NCBI GenBank assembly: GCA_046313055.1
Contig: JBKDDA010000052.1
Coordinates: forward strand, 4,175 to 68,174
Length of the DNA stretch: 64,000 bases
Direction of reading: 5' to 3'
From: Synechococcaceae cyanobacterium
GTDB taxonomy: Bacteria; Cyanobacteriota; Cyanobacteriia; PCC-6307; Cyanobiaceae
The translations under genes and the position numbers were made by a program. Shown here piece after piece: positions 61,423-64,000 of this stretch. The notes below the pieces were generated by a model. The model was given only the letters and a program-made list of their open reading frames with translations, was not told the origin of the DNA and ran no database searches. Numbering within the stretch: the first letter of the stretch is position 1; every line of letters begins with the position of its first letter.

Positions 61423-62740
61423 TCACGCCATTCTGCGGCCGGGCCGGCACGGGGATGACCAGCCCGGCCAGGGACAGGAGACCGGCAGCCAGCAGAGCCA
61501 GGGCAAAGGCCTCTGCCTGGGGAAGCCGCAGCAGCCACCGTGGACCATCAAGCAGGGGCCCGGCAAGGGCAAGACCGAACGAACGGCTCAGCACGATCGC
61601 CGCACCCCAGCCACCGGCCTGCTCACCCAGCCGGCTCCCACAGCAGCGCTGGCCCACCTGTTCTGCCACCCAGGCCTGCACCAGTCCGGCGGCCAGGCCC
61701 AGCCAGACGATCAGCAACGGCAAGGGCAGCGACAGGGCCCCGGGCGCCAGCGCCAGCAGGGCCATGAGTGCCTGCACGAGGGCTGTCAGCAGGCAGCCCA
61801 GCAGACGTGCCCACGCCAGGCCGCTCCGCAGCGTCAGCAGCAGACTCAGCAGCGCACCGAAGGCCCAGACCCCAGCGAGCCGGGTGCTGGCGGCCAGGCT
61901 CCAGCCGAACAGCTGGCTCGCATAGGGCTCCATCAGCACATCGGTCACGAACAGGGCCGCATGGCCCGTGAGCAGAAACAGCACCAGCGGAAGGTCGAGA
62001 AAACCCAGCGGCGGTTGGCGCCTGCTCGGCAGGGTCCGGGCCAGGGGCCGACCAGGCCGTTCGAGCCCCTTCACACCCACCAGCACCAGGGGCACCGCGA
62101 TCAACGCCCAGCTGGCCCAGAGCGCCGGCAGCCGGATCACCAGTGGCCGGGAGGCCAGCAGCTCCAGCAGCAGCCCGCTGGCGAACGACACCACGAGCAC
62201 GGCCAGGATCGAGGCGATCATCACCTCGCGCACGGCCCGACCCCGTTCCGCTTCGGGGGTCAGGTCGAGCAGCAGGGCATTCATGGCGGTCTGGAGGGCC
62301 TGATTGGCCACACCGAGAACCATCAGCAGGCCAGCCTCGCCAAGGGCGGCAACCACCCTCAGGTCGGCTGGAATCGACCACCAGTGGGCCCCCACCGCCA
62401 GCAGGCCCAGCAGGGGCAGGGGCATGACCAGCCAGGTGGCCGCGAGGGCCAGCCAGAGGTAACCACTGCGGTGCAGCCCCCATAGGGGCCGGCGATCGCT
62501 CAGGCGCCCGAACCAGGGGCGCAGGATCGCCATCAGGGGAACCACGGCGATCCAGCCGGCCACCACGCTGGCCGGCAGACCCAGCTGGGCGATGCCCACC
62601 TGGACGAAGGGACCGGCCAGCAGACCATTGACCACGGCGGCTGTGAGACACACCGACAGCAGCCGACGTCGCCGCCATGGCTGGGCGCGGCTGCCGCAGC
62701 TCCGGGTGCGGCAGGTGTGGAAACTGGCTGAATCCCTCAT
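61412..62740 (-). CDS. BCD-family MFS transporter (PucC/LhaA-like)
   Basis: Has about 12 TM helices. LRPWFGRLSDRRPLWGLHRSGYLW resembles the PucC signature (G..SD....G.rR.pyi). It overlaps the start of the CBS gene by 11 nt. Confidence 0.75.
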   Translation of the reverse strand: MRDSASFHTCRTRSCGSRAQPWRRRRLLSVCLTAAVVNGLLAGPFVQVGIAQLGLPASVVAGWIAVVPLMAILRPWFGRLSDRRPLWGLHRSGYLWLALAATWLVMPLPLLGLLAVGAHWWSIPADLRVVAALGEAGLLMVLGVANQALQTAMNALLLDLTPEAERGRAVREVMIASILAVLVVSFASGLLLELLASRPLVIRLPALWASWALIAVPLVLVGVKGLERPGRPLARTLPSRRQPPLGFLDLPLVLFLLTGHAALFVTDVLMEPYASQLFGWSLAASTRLAGVWAFGALLSLLLTLRSGLAWARLLGCLLTALVQALMALLALAPGALSLPLPLLIVWLGLAAGLVQAWVAEQVGQRCCGSRLGEQAGGWGAAIVLSRSFGLALAGPLLDGPRWLLRLPQAEAFALALLAAGLLSLAGLVIPVPARPQNGVSAP

Positions 62741-62754
62741 TGCCGCGACCTGCC

Positions 62755-63327
62755 ATGCCGAGTGACGATTTCCCAGCTCGGAAGCGGAAGGTGCTCAGGC
62801 GGCTGGCGGATGGGCTGACGGTGCTGCGGGCCCTGATGGGACTGCCGCTGCTGCTGGCACTCTCCACCGAACAGATGGGGCTGGCCTGGCTGCTGCTGCT
62901 GCTGGGGGCCATCTCCGATGCCGCCGATGGGGCCCTGGCCCGTCACGCCGGTGGCGGCAGCGTCTGGGGTGCCCGTCTGGATCCGCTCACCGACAAGATT
63001 CTGGTCAGTGCCCCGCTGCTCTGGCTCAGTGCCGTGGGCCGTCTGCCCCTGTGGGCGGTCTGGCTGTTGCTGGCTCGGGAACTGCTGATCTCGGGCTGGC
63101 GTGGACTGCAGAGCAGTGGCGGACCGGCGTCGACCGCCGGCAAGGCCAAGACGGTGCTGCAGTTCATCAGCCTGCTGCTGTTGATCTGGCCCCCGTCGTG
63201 GGGTGGAGCCACGCTGGCGGCATCGCTGCAGCAACTGGGCTGGTGGCTGTTCTGGCCATCGTTGCTGCTGGCCCTGTCGTCGGCCCTGGATTATCTGATC
63301 AGGCCAGCAGCGCTTCATCGGAGCTGA
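62755..63327 (+). CDS. pgsA: CDP-diacylglycerol--glycerol-3-phosphate 3-phosphatidyltransferase
   Basis: Has the CDP-alcohol phosphatidyltransferase motif DAADGALAR-x8-GARLDPLTDK. ATG at 62755. Confidence 0.9.
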   Translation: MPSDDFPARKRKVLRRLADGLTVLRALMGLPLLLALSTEQMGLAWLLLLLGAISDAADGALARHAGGGSVWGARLDPLTDKILVSAPLLWLSAVGRLPLWAVWLLLARELLISGWRGLQSSGGPASTAGKAKTVLQFISLLLLIWPPSWGGATLAASLQQLGWWLFWPSLLLALSSALDYLIRPAALHRS

Positions 63328-64000
63328 AATCCAGCTCAGCAGCCGGACGCAGGCGGTAGTCATGGTCGTGGCTGTCGGCAAGGGCAGCCGGCAGATCAAA
63401 GACCGGCTCCCAGGCCAGTTCACGCCGCACCCGGCTGATGTCGGTGAGAAAGTGGCCGATGCGCAGTGGAAAGGCCTTGCGTGCCTTGGGCTCCAGGGCA
63501 CCTGGGTCAAAACTGCGGATCTCCACCAGATCAGGGTTGAGCCCCATGGCCACGGCAGAGGCCATCACCAACCCCCGGAACGTGATTCCCTGGCGAGCAG
63601 TGCAGTTATAAATCCGGTTGGCTGCCGCATCCACCTCAAGGCAACGGGCCATGGCCGCCGCCAGATCCTCCACATGGCCCAGCTGGGTGATGGTGCTGCC
63701 ATCGCCCGGCAGCGGCACCGGACGGCCGTGGGCCAGCCGATCGAAGAACCAGCTCTCAACGGGGTTGTAGTTGCCCGGTCCAATGATGTAGGTCGGTCGG
63801 AAGCTGGTGAAGGCGATGCCTTCGTGCCGCAGCCACGCCTCTGTCTCCGCCTTGCCTGCATGGCGGCTGGCGGGATCAATGGGCGACTCCTCGTCCAGGG
63901 GCCAGGATTCGGAGTCGGCGTAGACCCCGGCGGAGCTCACGTACACGAAGCGGTGAGAGGGGTGGCCTGTCCGGGCGATCACCCGCTGGCTGTCGTTGAG
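63299..64000 (-). CDS. NAD-dependent epimerase/dehydratase family protein (CSP41-like), truncated at the window edge
   Basis: The C-terminal two thirds of an extended SDR (FVYVSSAGVY...YIIGPGNYN...). The reading frame continues past position 64000. Confidence 0.8.
   Translation of the reverse strand, partial: LNDSQRVIARTGHPSHRFVYVSSAGVYADSESWPLDEESPIDPASRHAGKAETEAWLRHEGIAFTSFRPTYIIGPGNYNPVESWFFDRLAHGRPVPLPGDGSTITQLGHVEDLAAAMARCLEVDAAANRIYNCTARQGITFRGLVMASAVAMGLNPDLVEIRSFDPGALEPKARKAFPLRIGHFLTDISRVRRELAWEPVFDLPAALADSHDHDYRLRPAAELDFSSDEALLA

Noticed and set aside
61319-62912. 388-aa plus-strand and 429-aa minus-strand (other frame) ORFs overlapping the PucC-like gene
   Set aside because: The translations are Gln/Arg/Pro/Gly-rich and lack TM helices or motifs. 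The chosen frame gives a coherent 12-TM transporter.

Overview
High-GC (roughly 65%) chromosomal segment from a picocyanobacterium, most likely the Synechococcus/Cyanobium lineage. The assignment rests on apcD, hemJ, cemA/pcxA, a cyanobacterial-type hfq, a CCB-like cytochrome b6f assembly gene and a TPM/Psb32-like gene. The window is densely packed with about 60 genes, mostly housekeeping: pgi, leuS, dapF, coaD, uvrC, cobN, ilvE, metH, gpsA, pheT, rpmG, rpsR, metG, cobU, trmL and pgsA. Many adjacent genes share 4-nt start/stop overlaps. There is one tRNA (anticodon CAU) with a clean intrinsic terminator. I found no rRNA, CRISPR array, transposase or integrase. The many long antisense ORFs in the track look like high-GC artefacts. 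Five places deserve a second look. (1) A 756-aa protein fuses a degenerate sigma54-activator-type AAA+ domain to a NapH/NosR-like polyferredoxin membrane domain. (2) A small tRNA-flanked accessory islet carries an orphan ArdC-like gene, a GGCT-like gene, a TIGR02466-like oxygenase and a possible 26-aa membrane peptide. (3) An unusually long (about 0.67 kb) lower-GC non-coding tract contains a perfect 18-bp hairpin. (4) DapF carries a Cys-rich C-terminal extension and is translationally coupled to a cysteine desulfurase. (5) A sigma factor, Cys/His coiled-coil mini-ORF, DUF3370 and RHH-J-domain neighbourhood. None of these is proven to be a new system. All family calls come from motif recognition by eye; no database search was run.
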